A stretch of DNA of 64,000 bases from IMG/VR virus record IMGVR_UViG_3300031885_000006, positions 12,890 to 76,889 of that record. One strand, 5' to 3'. The stretch is from a virus. Below are positions 9,006 to 19,318 of this stretch, piece by piece (position 1 is the stretch's first letter; the number at the start of each line of letters is the position of its first letter). The notes beneath the pieces are model-generated. The model did no database searches. It was not told the DNA's origin and saw only the letters and a list, made by a program, of their open reading frames with translations. The translations under genes and the position numbers were made by a program.

Positions 9006-9323
9006 TTAAGTGGAAGCAAATTCATCGATGACTTTTTGAATCGCAGCTTCACTTTGCAGCCCGATTAGTGTTTTGACCACAGTGCCATCTTTAAAAAACA
9101 ACATTGTGGGCAAAGATGCTATTTGATATTGCGTTGCAATGCCGACACTATCATCAGTATTGAGTTTGAGCAATTTGAATTTATCGCCATTTGATGCAAC
9201 CAATCTTTCTAGCAATGGTGTCAATGCTCGACAAGGCCCGCACCAGGGAGCAAAAAAATCGACTAAAACTAGGCCGGTGGCCTGCATTACTTCTTGATCC
9301 CAATCTTCTTCATTTATATTCAT
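9006..9323 (-). CDS. trxA: Thioredoxin
   Basis: DFFAPWCGPC; 105 aa. Confidence 0.95.
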   Translation of the reverse strand: MNINEEDWDQEVMQATGLVLVDFFAPWCGPCRALTPLLERLVASNGDKFKLLKLNTDDSVGIATQYQIASLPTMLFFKDGTVVKTLIGLQSEAAIQKVIDEFAST

Positions 9324-9326
9324 AAT

Positions 9327-9947
9327 TTAATTCCAAATAGTTCCCAAGCCAATCAGTGTTGGCTCAATGGTTGAGTTGTTAGGACGGACTAATTTAACAC
9401 GTATATCATCAGTCATTTTGTTTATGAATGATTCTCGCCAACCGTGGCGGTCTGTCACATAAATTCCACTGCCATTAATAAATCTAGTATAGCCAAACAA
9501 AAATCTTTTTACAGCATTTTGTGTTTCTTTTGCATACACATCTGAAAACAGGGCTTCTTCATAATTATCTAAATCTTGACGATATTCAAATCCACATCTC
9601 AAAAGTATGGTCAATAAAGACCTACGCATAGGGCATTCCTTCCAAAAGTCTGAAGGACTGACCCATAAAGCGTATGGCATATTGGTTTTACTAAATTTGG
9701 AACGTGGCAATGTTTTATGAGAAGCCCCCAGCACATCCTCTGTTTTGACTAAAAAGGCGGCGACGTTTTCTCCACATGCATTGGGATGCGAGAAAAAAAA
9801 GCCCTCTGTGTTTTCAGTGAAAATTTTGGCAAATTGCTCTCTGCACTTTCGCCAATCTAATGGTCCTTGTAAAGAAAAAGACCCTAAAATTGGCTCAGAT
9901 GGAGATAAATTATCGACAATTTTGGGTTCCCCAAATTCAACACTCAT
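9327..9947 (-). CDS. Hypothetical protein, paralog of 42905-43510
   Basis: Shared pattern W..CR, F.F.H, N(V/I)AAF...E..L, PS..W, RSL.TIL.R.G, RFL.GYT. Confidence 0.7.
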   Translation of the reverse strand: MSVEFGEPKIVDNLSPSEPILGSFSLQGPLDWRKCREQFAKIFTENTEGFFFSHPNACGENVAAFLVKTEDVLGASHKTLPRSKFSKTNMPYALWVSPSDFWKECPMRRSLLTILLRCGFEYRQDLDNYEEALFSDVYAKETQNAVKRFLFGYTRFINGSGIYVTDRHGWRESFINKMTDDIRVKLVRPNNSTIEPTLIGLGTIWN

Positions 9948-10000
9948 GCGAAATCTCCTTCAGCATGATAAGTATAATTAATTTGCGTTTTAAAGCAACA

Positions 10001-10825
10001 TCAAAAATACAAAACTTTATTGCTGTGAAGGTCTGAACACTCTTTCTTTTTAAAGGTGATGTTTTGACGAAGAATGGCATCCTTCATTTGTGGAACATAT
10101 TTACGAACTCTTTGTGCATGGCCATTAACGGGGGTGGGAGAAATTATAGTATAGGTTTTGGGTTCTTTGTTTTTTATTCTGATATTTAAATTCAAAACTT
10201 TGAATACGCCATCCAGTTCATTTGTATCAAATACAATCTTGCCAGCTTGATGCGTGCCTTTATCCAGATGACTTGCATTAGGACAATAAAAATTATAATG
10301 ATGCTCGAATGTTGTACGGCATTCAAATAAATCTGCCCAGTTCCAAATATTCGAACTATATTTTGTGTAATCACGAAAATTATATTTTATGCCAGACTGC
10401 CCAGAAATAATGGTATGGTCCCACTTGCCCTGAAAAGCAGAATCGAAAATGACTATTTTCAACAATGTATTTGGATCTACATTTATAACATTTGTATCTG
10501 GATTGATGATCGTCATTATTGATCGGGTATCATTTTCCAAAAACACACATAAGCTGCCACATTTATTTTCTGTAAATACCAACACTTCGCCCAAATGCAA
10601 TCTGGTATGCGGGCGACGGGATAAATCGAACTTTTGATGAAAATGAAAGGTAGCATGATCATCACTCCGATCTACCCTATAAGCATGAAAAAAATGACTA
10701 TTGCATTTAACATCTGCATGTCGGCCATGTAGCGTTACAACAAATCCTTGGTTTGGATGCAAAGGCACTAAATGACCTACGCCAGGATTCACAACTCTAA
10801 CAGGCTCATATTTTTTAATATCCAT
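10001..10825 (-). CDS. Hypothetical protein
   Basis: 274-aa ORF. Confidence 0.65.
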   Translation of the reverse strand: MDIKKYEPVRVVNPGVGHLVPLHPNQGFVVTLHGRHADVKCNSHFFHAYRVDRSDDHATFHFHQKFDLSRRPHTRLHLGEVLVFTENKCGSLCVFLENDTRSIMTIINPDTNVINVDPNTLLKIVIFDSAFQGKWDHTIISGQSGIKYNFRDYTKYSSNIWNWADLFECRTTFEHHYNFYCPNASHLDKGTHQAGKIVFDTNELDGVFKVLNLNIRIKNKEPKTYTIISPTPVNGHAQRVRKYVPQMKDAILRQNITFKKKECSDLHSNKVLYF

Positions 10826-11396
10826 TTTTTTTAATTAATTCAACCAACCAATGACAATAATTTTTAGAATATATGTTTAACAAAGAATTCCATTGTTTGA
10901 AAAATGAATAATGCCCACTAGCAGACTTCATAGTTTTTTGATAACTAGAAAATCTTGCTTCCACAGAAGAGTTGAAATTCAAACTCTCAAAAAGCAAAGG
11001 TTCTAAATAATCAAAATTTCTAGCAAAATAGGTGTCATGACAAAAAATGAAAATTTCCCAAGCGGCCAACACCATCTCTTTGTGACCAGAAATCACTGTA
11101 GATCTCTTTTGTTGATACGTCCAATCATACAAGAAATCTTCATAGGCATCCCAATTCAACTCTATTTCTGGAGAAACTAGATTGTCTTCAATTAAATTGC
11201 CATCATGCACAGGAGTGTAAACATTAAAGCAATAACGACCTGGACTGCGGTCTTTTTCTTTCCAGTTAAAACGCACAATCTCCCAATTAAAGCCAATGCC
11301 GGTAGGTTTCTTTAAGAACAAGTAACCTACCGACACATACTTCACTAGAGACATCCCAATGTCATGCCTCTGAAGATATTCTTCGTATATTTGCAT
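10815..11396 (-). CDS. Hypothetical protein
   Basis: 193-aa ORF. Confidence 0.65.
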   Translation of the reverse strand: MQIYEEYLQRHDIGMSLVKYVSVGYLFLKKPTGIGFNWEIVRFNWKEKDRSPGRYCFNVYTPVHDGNLIEDNLVSPEIELNWDAYEDFLYDWTYQQKRSTVISGHKEMVLAAWEIFIFCHDTYFARNFDYLEPLLFESLNFNSSVEARFSSYQKTMKSASGHYSFFKQWNSLLNIYSKNYCHWLVELIKKNGY

Positions 11397-11412
11397 TTCA
11401 AATTAACTGCAA

Positions 11413-11952
11413 TTATTGTTTAAAAAGATCGTCTACTTCTTTATCCGATGGACGAGTTGGATTGTCTACTGGGCTTGGCAAAGTGCTATCATCTAGCTTT
11501 GCTTTCTTAGCCAAGGCATCAGGAGTTTTCAATCCAGAAGGTCCAGATTTTTTCTGTGCATTCTGTGGTCCAGCTTGATTATAATTCTTAACAGCGGATG
11601 GACCCATTTTTTTATGATTAGCAACTAATCTTTTATCATATACGACGCCGCCTTTGTAAGCAACCGTATATGGATAATCTTGACCAAAATCTAAAACCAA
11701 TCTGTCCTCAGTAGTGCTGACAAAATGAGTTATCACTGGTAAACGGCCATTAATGACTGGAACCACGTATGTTCTTCCATCTATATTGGCATTAACATGC
11801 GAGCGAGTCTGCTGACCGCCTGCAACGTTTACAATTTGCCACACCAATTTAGGCTGTTGAATCACAACCGTATAACTATTTGAATACTCTGTGGCAACAG
11901 CACAGTCGCCTTGGCTTACTAAAGCCGCTACTAACATCAATGCATTAATCAT
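11413..11952 (-). CDS. Hypothetical secreted protein
   Basis: N-terminal signal-like stretch; low-complexity C-terminus. Confidence 0.6.
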   Translation of the reverse strand: MINALMLVAALVSQGDCAVATEYSNSYTVVIQQPKLVWQIVNVAGGQQTRSHVNANIDGRTYVVPVINGRLPVITHFVSTTEDRLVLDFGQDYPYTVAYKGGVVYDKRLVANHKKMGPSAVKNYNQAGPQNAQKKSGPSGLKTPDALAKKAKLDDSTLPSPVDNPTRPSDKEVDDLFKQ

Positions 11953-12184
11953 TTTTTTTCTCCATTCCTAGATCAAATTTTTCTGTTTGTACTAAATCCC
12001 TTGTCGTAACCCATCTACGATCCACTTCACTCCAAACTACTGGATACTCCTGTGGAAGTGAATCCAATATATCGAACAACTCTACTTCTGAATTCGTTTT
12101 TTCTACCGATCTATGAAAAATCAAAGGGTGGATATACGAATAACTATTCTTTATTTTTTCTAAAAAATCCGGCCTAATTGCCAT
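11945..12184 (-). CDS. Hypothetical protein
   Basis: Likely start MAIRPD at 12184 (AGGA upstream) within the track ORF 11945-12250. Confidence 0.6.
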   Translation of the reverse strand: MAIRPDFLEKIKNSYSYIHPLIFHRSVEKTNSEVELFDILDSLPQEYPVVWSEVDRRWVTTRDLVQTEKFDLGMEKKND

Positions 12185-12446
12185 TTTGTCCTGCTTTATA
12201 ATCTTTGTATTTTGCGTAAGCGTAACAAAAAATAACGCCACCAATAACACTCATAACTAAACTAGATGACGATAAAACATGTTCGCTTCGCCCCAATATC
12301 CAATTTAATAGACCGCCTATATAAGAGCCTGCGATACCGATCCCTAATGTTGGGAAAAATCCAATTGGATCGGGGCCTGTATGAATTGCCTTGGCCAAAA
12401 TCCCTATTATCAATCCAAATGCCAGCCAAGATAAAACATAAAACAT
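12174..12446 (-). CDS. GlsB/YeaQ/YmgE (transglycosylase-associated) membrane protein
   Basis: WLAFGLIIGILAK..G...TLGIGIAGSYIGG..SVIGGVI; three TM helices. Confidence 0.85.
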   Translation of the reverse strand: MFYVLSWLAFGLIIGILAKAIHTGPDPIGFFPTLGIGIAGSYIGGLLNWILGRSEHVLSSSSLVMSVIGGVIFCYAYAKYKDYKAGQNGN

Positions 12447-13147
12447 TAACCCTCCTTGTGTTCCACTACTAATTTACAAAGTTGCTTAAAATACTCTTGT
12501 TCATGATTCCACTTCATGACATTTATGTGTTTATGCACCCATTGCACATTTCCTTTTATATATCCCATATTAGAATCAATTCGATCTAAAGATGGAAAAT
12601 CACCATCTTCAACCTTATTTGGAAATGGAATGTCTAGCCCTGTCAAAGCACATTTCCCATTTTGTTTTTCATACAATTCCCAAGCATAATCTATTTCTAT
12701 TAAAAATGGCAAAGAACGACTTTTTCTTTTTGCGTTGTTTTTAATCCGTTTCCAACATGTTCCGCTCAATTGTCCGCAACCGCTCCAATTACAATTATTC
12801 GAACTCATATTAAAACAATATTTACACTTTTTGATTCTTTCAACCAACAACCAAGTTTGTCTTATTTTAGACTGATTTCCGCAATCACATTCACACAGCC
12901 ACATAACTCTATTCCAATTACACTTACCATCCTTTTCTATTAATGGCATGATAACAGTCCAATTTTCTATTTTTAAACCTTTTAAATTATCTTTAATTTT
13001 TATTCTTGGAGTGTAACGCCTAATTATCCCTAATTTTTGCAAATGTCTTTGCAGGGTAGTTTTTGGGATATTGTTTAAAACTCCAGATTCCTTTATTGTC
13101 AAACCAGATTGATAATCTAATACTGCTTTTTCAAAATTTTTATTCAT
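12446..13147 (-). CDS. HNH-type homing endonuclease
   Basis: N-terminal HTH, WLCECDCGN, KCALTG and SLDRIDSNMGYIKGNVQWVHKHINVMK. Confidence 0.8.
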   Translation of the reverse strand: MNKNFEKAVLDYQSGLTIKESGVLNNIPKTTLQRHLQKLGIIRRYTPRIKIKDNLKGLKIENWTVIMPLIEKDGKCNWNRVMWLCECDCGNQSKIRQTWLLVERIKKCKYCFNMSSNNCNWSGCGQLSGTCWKRIKNNAKRKSRSLPFLIEIDYAWELYEKQNGKCALTGLDIPFPNKVEDGDFPSLDRIDSNMGYIKGNVQWVHKHINVMKWNHEQEYFKQLCKLVVEHKEG

Positions 13148-13212
13148 AAATTACATAGTCATGAACAAACCATTCTTCCATGAAAGATCCGCCAAATAAA
13201 AAACAAAAAAAA

Positions 13213-14118
13213 TTACTTGTTCTCTATTTGTAGATATGATTCTGGGGTCGTATTTCTCTTAACATCCTCTGCTAAAAATCCAGTAAATCTAGTGAGGGCA
13301 CCATCAAACTCTGGCAATTTATTAAATCCCATATAATCGCTTATGTCGTGTTCGTAATTATCGTATTTCAAAAAATAATGGAACTTCTTTTGCCCATACT
13401 CTTTACGTATAAAAAGACACAAAACGGCTGCTTTGGCATCAAATATTTGCTTGTTTTCTGGAGTTAATTTTTTCCATTCGGCCTCTGTAATCGCAAAAAA
13501 GTCATGCACAGACGGTTTCCAAGCAAGAGTTTTTGGTGCCCCAGCTAACGCCACATTCCTTTTGATTTGTGAGACATTACCATTTAAGACAGACATGCCT
13601 CGATATAGCCACCAACCCAAATTCAAATTAAATTGAGAATTAAATTCTTTTAAACAAATCATTGTAAGGGCTGAAGGTACGACTTCGGCGGGTCGGCCAT
13701 CTAAAATCAACCACAAATAACTAATGGTTATTTTGCCGTCAACTTCTCTGACTTCGCCATAGGAGCCATTAATGTTGAATAGCTTTTGCATCATTTCTAC
13801 ATTGGGGGCGCAAAATATACGACATTCTGAGCCAAATTGAATATCTGGCAGGCCCCAACGTTTTAGACACCAAGCTTTTATTTGTTCTATATTATGAAAT
13901 AAATATTCACCCTGGTCGAAATCGATAGAATGAATAGTAAAATTTTTAGTTGTCCATCTATTCCAAGCAATTTTTGGAATAGATGGATCAACAGATGGTT
14001 GAACTCCACTGGGAACTGGCAACTGTTCAAAAAAAACTTTTTGCTGTCCCATAGCCGCATTGACAAGGCACAACACAAATAATATGCTGGCGAGGCTCTT
14101 TGACCATATATTCATCAT
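13213..14118 (-). CDS. Hypothetical secreted protein
   Basis: Signal peptide; 301 aa. Confidence 0.6.
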   Translation of the reverse strand: MMNIWSKSLASILFVLCLVNAAMGQQKVFFEQLPVPSGVQPSVDPSIPKIAWNRWTTKNFTIHSIDFDQGEYLFHNIEQIKAWCLKRWGLPDIQFGSECRIFCAPNVEMMQKLFNINGSYGEVREVDGKITISYLWLILDGRPAEVVPSALTMICLKEFNSQFNLNLGWWLYRGMSVLNGNVSQIKRNVALAGAPKTLAWKPSVHDFFAITEAEWKKLTPENKQIFDAKAAVLCLFIRKEYGQKKFHYFLKYDNYEHDISDYMGFNKLPEFDGALTRFTGFLAEDVKRNTTPESYLQIENK

Positions 14119-14127
14119 AAAAACTCC

Positions 14128-14640
14128 CTATGCCGCCATTGTCATCTTGACTGTATCTCTTGCAGATTTAAGCACTTGAGATATTCTTGATTCCGAGACA
14201 CCAATTTTGCAGCCAATTTCTCTCATAGACATTTCATGCACATAATACATGATTAATATGTTTCTATCAAGATCAGTTAGCTTTTTTGTTGCATCCTCAA
14301 AAAAATCATTGCTATTATTTTCTTTTTGAGGAATAGATTCTGCTAAGCTATTCCCATTTTCGTCAGTTTGATCTAAAGATATTCCATATCGTGAACTAGC
14401 TTTACATGCATTTCTAACAAAGTCTTTGATTTCTCCGACAATACGCCATCTAGCATAAGTGCCAAAAGAACTCTTAGATGGGTTGTATTTTTGAGCAGCG
14501 TCTACCAAGCCAAAATAAGCCGCCGATTGTATATCATCAATATCAACTTTTTTTGGCAATGATTTTTTCCTTTCAAAAACAATAGATTTAGCCAGTGGAA
14601 GATAGTTTTCAATAAGTTGATTTCGTTCTGTAATAGTCAT
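14128..14640 (-). CDS. Sigma-70 family (FliA/WhiG-like) sigma factor
   Basis: LIENYLPLA, GLVDAAQKYNP, FGTYARWRIVGEI and MSMREIG..IGVSESRISQ. Confidence 0.9.
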   Translation of the reverse strand: MTITERNQLIENYLPLAKSIVFERKKSLPKKVDIDDIQSAAYFGLVDAAQKYNPSKSSFGTYARWRIVGEIKDFVRNACKASSRYGISLDQTDENGNSLAESIPQKENNSNDFFEDATKKLTDLDRNILIMYYVHEMSMREIGCKIGVSESRISQVLKSARDTVKMTMAA

Positions 14641-14729
14641 TATACGTTTTCCTAGTTAATAAAGTTATAAAGTTAAAGAAAGTTAAACACGCAGATACAA
14701 TCTGCTATAGTTAATAATAGTATATTTAG

Positions 14730-15689
14730 TCAAAAAAGTCCTTTTTCAAATTGTTTTTTTACCTCCGAATCGCCATATAAAAAGAACCTTTCAATCAAAA
14801 ACAATTTAGCCTCAAACAACTCTTTATTGTCTTTTACATCAGAATGCGATAATCCGCAAATAACAAAAAAATCTTTAATGCTTTTGATTGCGGATAAATC
14901 AACTGGCATCTTAGATTTTTTTGAAATTTCTATAAATTGTATAAAGAATTTAACCCAAGATCTGACTGCTCGGGCATCTAGCGTACCTTCCGGCATGCGG
15001 AATTCAACAGTTTTTTTGAGATTTAAATAAACTGGTGGGTCAAAAGGATGAAATGTAGATTCGTAATACAAAGCTGCGGCGACATTCACCGTATTTAAAG
15101 TGACTTTCTTTTGCCGATTTTCATGCGGACTATATTGATTGGGCTTTAATTTATTCCACACCTCTTCCGCTTCATATTTTTTACTTTTAGCTATTTTTCT
15201 AGATTTGCTAATCAACTTGCAAAAATAATTATCCACTCGATGAGGAGGCATTAAATTGCACAGCATGCCCTCAATCTTCATCCATCGAGACAATAAAACG
15301 CCCAATTCTGCTGGGGTGAAATCGCTCACGCAACAATGAATGTGAAAACCACAATTAACATTAGGCAAACAAATCGCAGATAAGCTTTGAGCCACTTGGC
15401 TTATATGATTTAAATCATTATCGCCTGCCGCAACAAAAGAAGCGACTTCCCAGCCATGATCGGCATATTTAGTCTTGCCATCAGCATGTTCTACTTTGCC
15501 AATAGGACCGCATGTTCTATCAAATTTAACATGCCAGTAATTATTGTTAGTTGTTTGTGCCCAAGACGAATTAACAACTATCTCACGACTAGAGCATTTT
15601 TTAATTGTATCTTCTATTTGTTGTTGTGTTTTTTCATTACCAACTTCAAATTCTACGCCGAATTTACGAGCTTCTCTAACATTAGCCAT
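14730..15689 (-). CDS. Putative amidoligase (COOH-NH2 ligase family)
   Basis: FGVEFE, WEVAS, CGFHIH and TVEFR motifs. Confidence 0.8.
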   Translation of the reverse strand: MANVREARKFGVEFEVGNEKTQQQIEDTIKKCSSREIVVNSSWAQTTNNNYWHVKFDRTCGPIGKVEHADGKTKYADHGWEVASFVAAGDNDLNHISQVAQSLSAICLPNVNCGFHIHCCVSDFTPAELGVLLSRWMKIEGMLCNLMPPHRVDNYFCKLISKSRKIAKSKKYEAEEVWNKLKPNQYSPHENRQKKVTLNTVNVAAALYYESTFHPFDPPVYLNLKKTVEFRMPEGTLDARAVRSWVKFFIQFIEISKKSKMPVDLSAIKSIKDFFVICGLSHSDVKDNKELFEAKLFLIERFFLYGDSEVKKQFEKGLF

Positions 15690-15742
15690 AAAATGAACTC
15701 CTATGTCATCAAGGCTAATGCAAAACTACAAATAAATCAATA

Positions 15743-15976
15743 TTAATTACGATCTAAAAATCTCGGATCATATGTTTGAGCCCCTTCAATATCAACCAAT
15801 CCACTATCCATAGATCTTGTTGTTTTTTGAGCATTACTCGGTGGCTCCTCATTCAACGCATCCATCCTTTTTTCAAAGGACACAACAAAGTTGGCCAAAA
15901 AAGAAGCAATTCCAATATTAAATATCAAAATCAATAAAGTTAAAAATAAAATAAACCAAAGCAAAACAATTTCCAT
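15743..15976 (-). CDS. Small membrane protein
   Basis: Hydrophobic N-terminus. Confidence 0.6.
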   Translation of the reverse strand: MEIVLLWFILFLTLLILIFNIGIASFLANFVVSFEKRMDALNEEPPSNAQKTTRSMDSGLVDIEGAQTYDPRFLDRN

Positions 15977-15987
15977 TTTTTACCTTT

Positions 15988-18030
15988 CTAATTATAAAAA
16001 ATAGGCTTTATATCAAGGGTCTTATCGGTACTTGGCAAACTATTTTCAAATATGTTGATCGACAAATTAGGATTTTTTTCCCAAGTCTTGCCAACAAACA
16101 AACCAACATTATCATATAAAATAGAATCTCGAATAACCAAATCTTCAGGAAGCACAACAGATTTAGTTTGCGTATTTATTTTAAATGTAAATTTCAAAAC
16201 ATTATTATTGCAAGTAGGAGCAGTCGGAAATGTATAAAGAATTCTTGTTTCTGTTTGCTCGCTATTCAAAACCCTCTTAATAAGTACCGAGAATCTCCAC
16301 AATGTTGACCCCAAAGTTTCAGAGCCGATTTCATTACTGCAACCCCATTCAAATAATATAGACCATTTTTCATTAGAATTGCTGCCAATGCCATTAAAAT
16401 GGTAATTGGCACGCCAAACATTGTCAAGCTTATTGTAAATCAAAACCAATTGTTCTGAAAGAGTTAAATTATTTCTAGCCAAAAATGATTTCAAACTAAC
16501 GCCAGTATCGATATTGTGAGACATTAACAATAAATTAGGAATAGGATCACAACCGCAACTAGCATTGACATTGGCAATGTCTGGTGCAAAATTAGTAAGT
16601 GCAACATCGATTGGATAAACTGGCTCGATAGACAATAATACAGCCTCTGAATTTATATCAACGTCAAATATTCCCAATGCAGCAAAATCCGTGTCTGCCG
16701 ATCCGCCTAATGTCAAATATCCTGAAGATCTAGTGTGCCATGTCGGACTATATCCAATCAACATTTCTCCACCCAATGTTAGGCCGCCAGATGCAACAGA
16801 AAAATTCGATTGAGTAGAAAGACTTGTTGATCCCACTGTTAAAGAGCCAACTGGGACATAATGAAAATGCAAATTAGATGACCCAGATAAAGACAGGCCA
16901 GAAGTGGGCACATAATGCCATGTTTTAAATTTCAAAAGAGGACTGCCGCTTAAAGTCAAACCACCAACAGCAGTATAAGAAAATCTGTTAGACTTAAAGC
17001 TATTTAATCCAGATAACGTTAAACCACCCGAAGAAGAAGTTCTAAATCTAGCATGTGTTATAGTAGAACTGCCCCGCAATAGAACTCCACCAAAAGGTGG
17101 AGAGTAACGATATTTAGAACGAATTATTGCGGAGCCTCTTAAATTCAAGGTTCCATTGCCGACATAATGGTGATTTGGAGATACAACCAATGGCGTTCCC
17201 GATACCGTTAAACCACCATTGCCCGTGTAGCTCCAAACATTAGAACTTAATTCACCTTCCCCAGCTAACGTCAAACTTCCAGAAGCAACATATTGTTGGG
17301 CACTAGATGTAATGCCAGCAGATCCGCCCAAAACGAGCCCGCCACCAGCATCTATTTTTCGATCCACATCTAAATCAAAAGAACCACCTAACGTCAAGCC
17401 GCCCTTGGCCTCATAATTATAAAATCTATCTTGCAATACCGCAGTCATACCCAAGCTAATTACAACATCTTCGTCCAAGCAAAAATCAAAACATTCTGGA
17501 ATATGGCAGAACATTTGATCGTCTAGCGTATTACAGGTGTTGTCGATTCCCAAAGCAGCCTGGGCAGCAATATCTGTTGTTCTTACGGGTCTACTCCAAC
17601 GACGAATTCTTGCAATTGGCCAATTGCTTGGATAATTCAACAAAGGCTCTTTCATTTTGGTGCATAGATCCGCCAAATCGGTAGCTGCTATGACTGTTAA
17701 AAATCTTTGTCCATCAGCACATTTATCATCATTGATATTAAAACTAGTAGCCTCGCAGGTAGGTGGTGTGCAACGACCTTCAATTTGATAATATCTCAAA
17801 ATTTGATTGCCAACATCCCAGGCACTTTCCATGCTTATTTCAATAGCAGCCAATGAATCCCAAGAAAACTGCTGGGATACCAAAAAATACCCAGTAAAAA
17901 TAACAGGATCAAAAGCATCATTAAATAAAGTTAATCCACCACTGCCAACATAGTTGAAACTAGTAAAAGTTTCACCTGAACAGCTTAGAACTGCCTCTGA
18001 AAATAGATCTGCGGTTGCGAGTAGTGTCAT
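15988..18030 (-). CDS. Repeat-rich protein, probable virion component
   Basis: A dozen or more imperfect Y.(A/G).GGLTL(G/S)GS repeats in the central region. Confidence 0.6.
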   Translation of the reverse strand: MTLLATADLFSEAVLSCSGETFTSFNYVGSGGLTLFNDAFDPVIFTGYFLVSQQFSWDSLAAIEISMESAWDVGNQILRYYQIEGRCTPPTCEATSFNINDDKCADGQRFLTVIAATDLADLCTKMKEPLLNYPSNWPIARIRRWSRPVRTTDIAAQAALGIDNTCNTLDDQMFCHIPECFDFCLDEDVVISLGMTAVLQDRFYNYEAKGGLTLGGSFDLDVDRKIDAGGGLVLGGSAGITSSAQQYVASGSLTLAGEGELSSNVWSYTGNGGLTVSGTPLVVSPNHHYVGNGTLNLRGSAIIRSKYRYSPPFGGVLLRGSSTITHARFRTSSSGGLTLSGLNSFKSNRFSYTAVGGLTLSGSPLLKFKTWHYVPTSGLSLSGSSNLHFHYVPVGSLTVGSTSLSTQSNFSVASGGLTLGGEMLIGYSPTWHTRSSGYLTLGGSADTDFAALGIFDVDINSEAVLLSIEPVYPIDVALTNFAPDIANVNASCGCDPIPNLLLMSHNIDTGVSLKSFLARNNLTLSEQLVLIYNKLDNVWRANYHFNGIGSNSNEKWSILFEWGCSNEIGSETLGSTLWRFSVLIKRVLNSEQTETRILYTFPTAPTCNNNVLKFTFKINTQTKSVVLPEDLVIRDSILYDNVGLFVGKTWEKNPNLSINIFENSLPSTDKTLDIKPIFYN

Positions 18031-18102
18031 TAGGGCCTTTTTAATTTAACGATAGTATATCTATTAAATTCAGGCGATTTATATTGAAATAATGACTAAG
18101 AG

Positions 18103-18777
18103 TTATTCACCTAATCTATCAAGAATTTTGCCTATTAATGGATGTCGTACAATTGAATCATTTTCAAATTTAACAATACCGACACCTGGAACGTTTTCTA
18201 ATCTATAAATAACGTCGCTTAAGGCACATGTTGTTCCGCCAAGATCACTCTGAGTTGGGTCGCCAGTAATGATAATTTTGCTATCTTCTCCAAATCTTGT
18301 CAAAAACAACTTCAACTGCATTAAAGAACAATTCTGGGCTTCGTCTAATATACAAACAGAATTATCAAAAGTTCTGCCTCTTAAATAGGCAAGAGGTGCC
18401 ACTTCTGAAGCTGCGGTAATTACGTCTCTTTGAGGATTGTCTTCTCCAACTAACTTCTTAATAGAATCATACAAAGGCATCATATAAGGATTTACTTTTT
18501 CTTGAAAATCTCCTGGCAAATAGCCCAAAGACTCTCCAGATTCCACAATAGGTCTTGTCAAAATGATTCTTTTTTTGTTCTTTTGCAACACCTCATTTAT
18601 GGCAAAAGCTGTGGCAAGAAAGGTTTTTCCAGTACCGGCTGGACCTGTTAGAAAAAGCACATCATGTTGTTGAAAACCAGCCCAGGCTAGTTTTTGAATA
18701 GAATTTTTGAATTCGATGTGGAATCTACCCTGCCCCTTAGACTTAGTTGCAGGTGTCTTCTCATGTGATTTTGCCAT
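18103..18777 (-). CDS. phoH: PhoH-family ATPase
   Basis: GPAGTGKT, LGYLPG, AYLRGRTF, LDEAQN, TGDPTQSD and IVRHPL. Confidence 0.95.
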   Translation of the reverse strand: MAKSHEKTPATKSKGQGRFHIEFKNSIQKLAWAGFQQHDVLFLTGPAGTGKTFLATAFAINEVLQKNKKRIILTRPIVESGESLGYLPGDFQEKVNPYMMPLYDSIKKLVGEDNPQRDVITAASEVAPLAYLRGRTFDNSVCILDEAQNCSLMQLKLFLTRFGEDSKIIITGDPTQSDLGGTTCALSDVIYRLENVPGVGIVKFENDSIVRHPLIGKILDRLGE

Positions 18778-18801
18778 GCTTTATTTATAGTTACTATCAA
18801 T

Positions 18802-18834
18802 AAAAAAAGCACAAGAAAGTCTTGTGCTTTTTTT
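18802..18834. terminator. Intrinsic terminator ending the ~420-nt ncRNA
   Basis: aaaaaaagcacaaga-aag-tcttgtgcttttttt. Confidence 0.85.
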
Positions 18835-18846
18835 ATTTAAAAGGAA

Positions 18847-19265
18847 ATAGTCCCCCCATTACCAGTATGGGACTCGTTTTTCAGATATAATTGCTTATAT
18901 CTACGAGATTAAGAGGAATTGAACGTCGTTTAAAGGATTTGACATCAGTCTGAGTATTTCTTAAAGAACGACCAGATTAAGAAATTGTCGCAACAACCCT
19001 TCTTTTTGTTCAAATATCTTAAAAGTGTTTTCCTTGTTAAATTGTAGCTCTGGCTCGCCACCGAAGTGGAGTTTCAGTCAAGTTTCAACCAATTACCCAC
19101 GGCTGATCGGGATGGCAATGTAGTATGCCAACGACTGTTTTCATATCGGGGACATGAAAACCATCCCACTAGTTCAGTTCATAGTAGAACCACGAATTTT
19201 ACACCAGTGCGGCGATGCATATTTTTAAATGTCCTGCATGGGGACACCCCAAAGGGCCTGACTAT
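18847..19265 (-). ncRNA. Unassigned ~420-nt structured ncRNA
   Basis: No minus-strand ORF in the track. Ends pair (AUAGUC/GACUAU); CCAC-UUCG-GUGG, AGAUAUAA-GCAA-UUAUAUCU and several other stems; own promoter and terminator. Confidence 0.7.
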
Positions 19266-19269
19266 CAAT

Positions 19270-19299
19270 ATTATAAATGAATTAATGGCAAATTTGCAA
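19270..19299 (-). promoter_or_regulatory. Promoter TTGCAA-N18-TATAAT for the ncRNA
   Basis: The -10 ends 5 nt before the 5' closing stem. Confidence 0.6.
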
Positions 19300-19318
19300 G
19301 TGCTTTTCTACATATTAT

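Noticed and set aside
18847-19265. RNase P RNA, second tmRNA or permuted group I intron
   Set aside because: No GAGGAAAGUC/P4 elements and no acceptor stem or T-arm. The UAGUC/GACUA end pairing resembles P7 but no P/Q elements were found.
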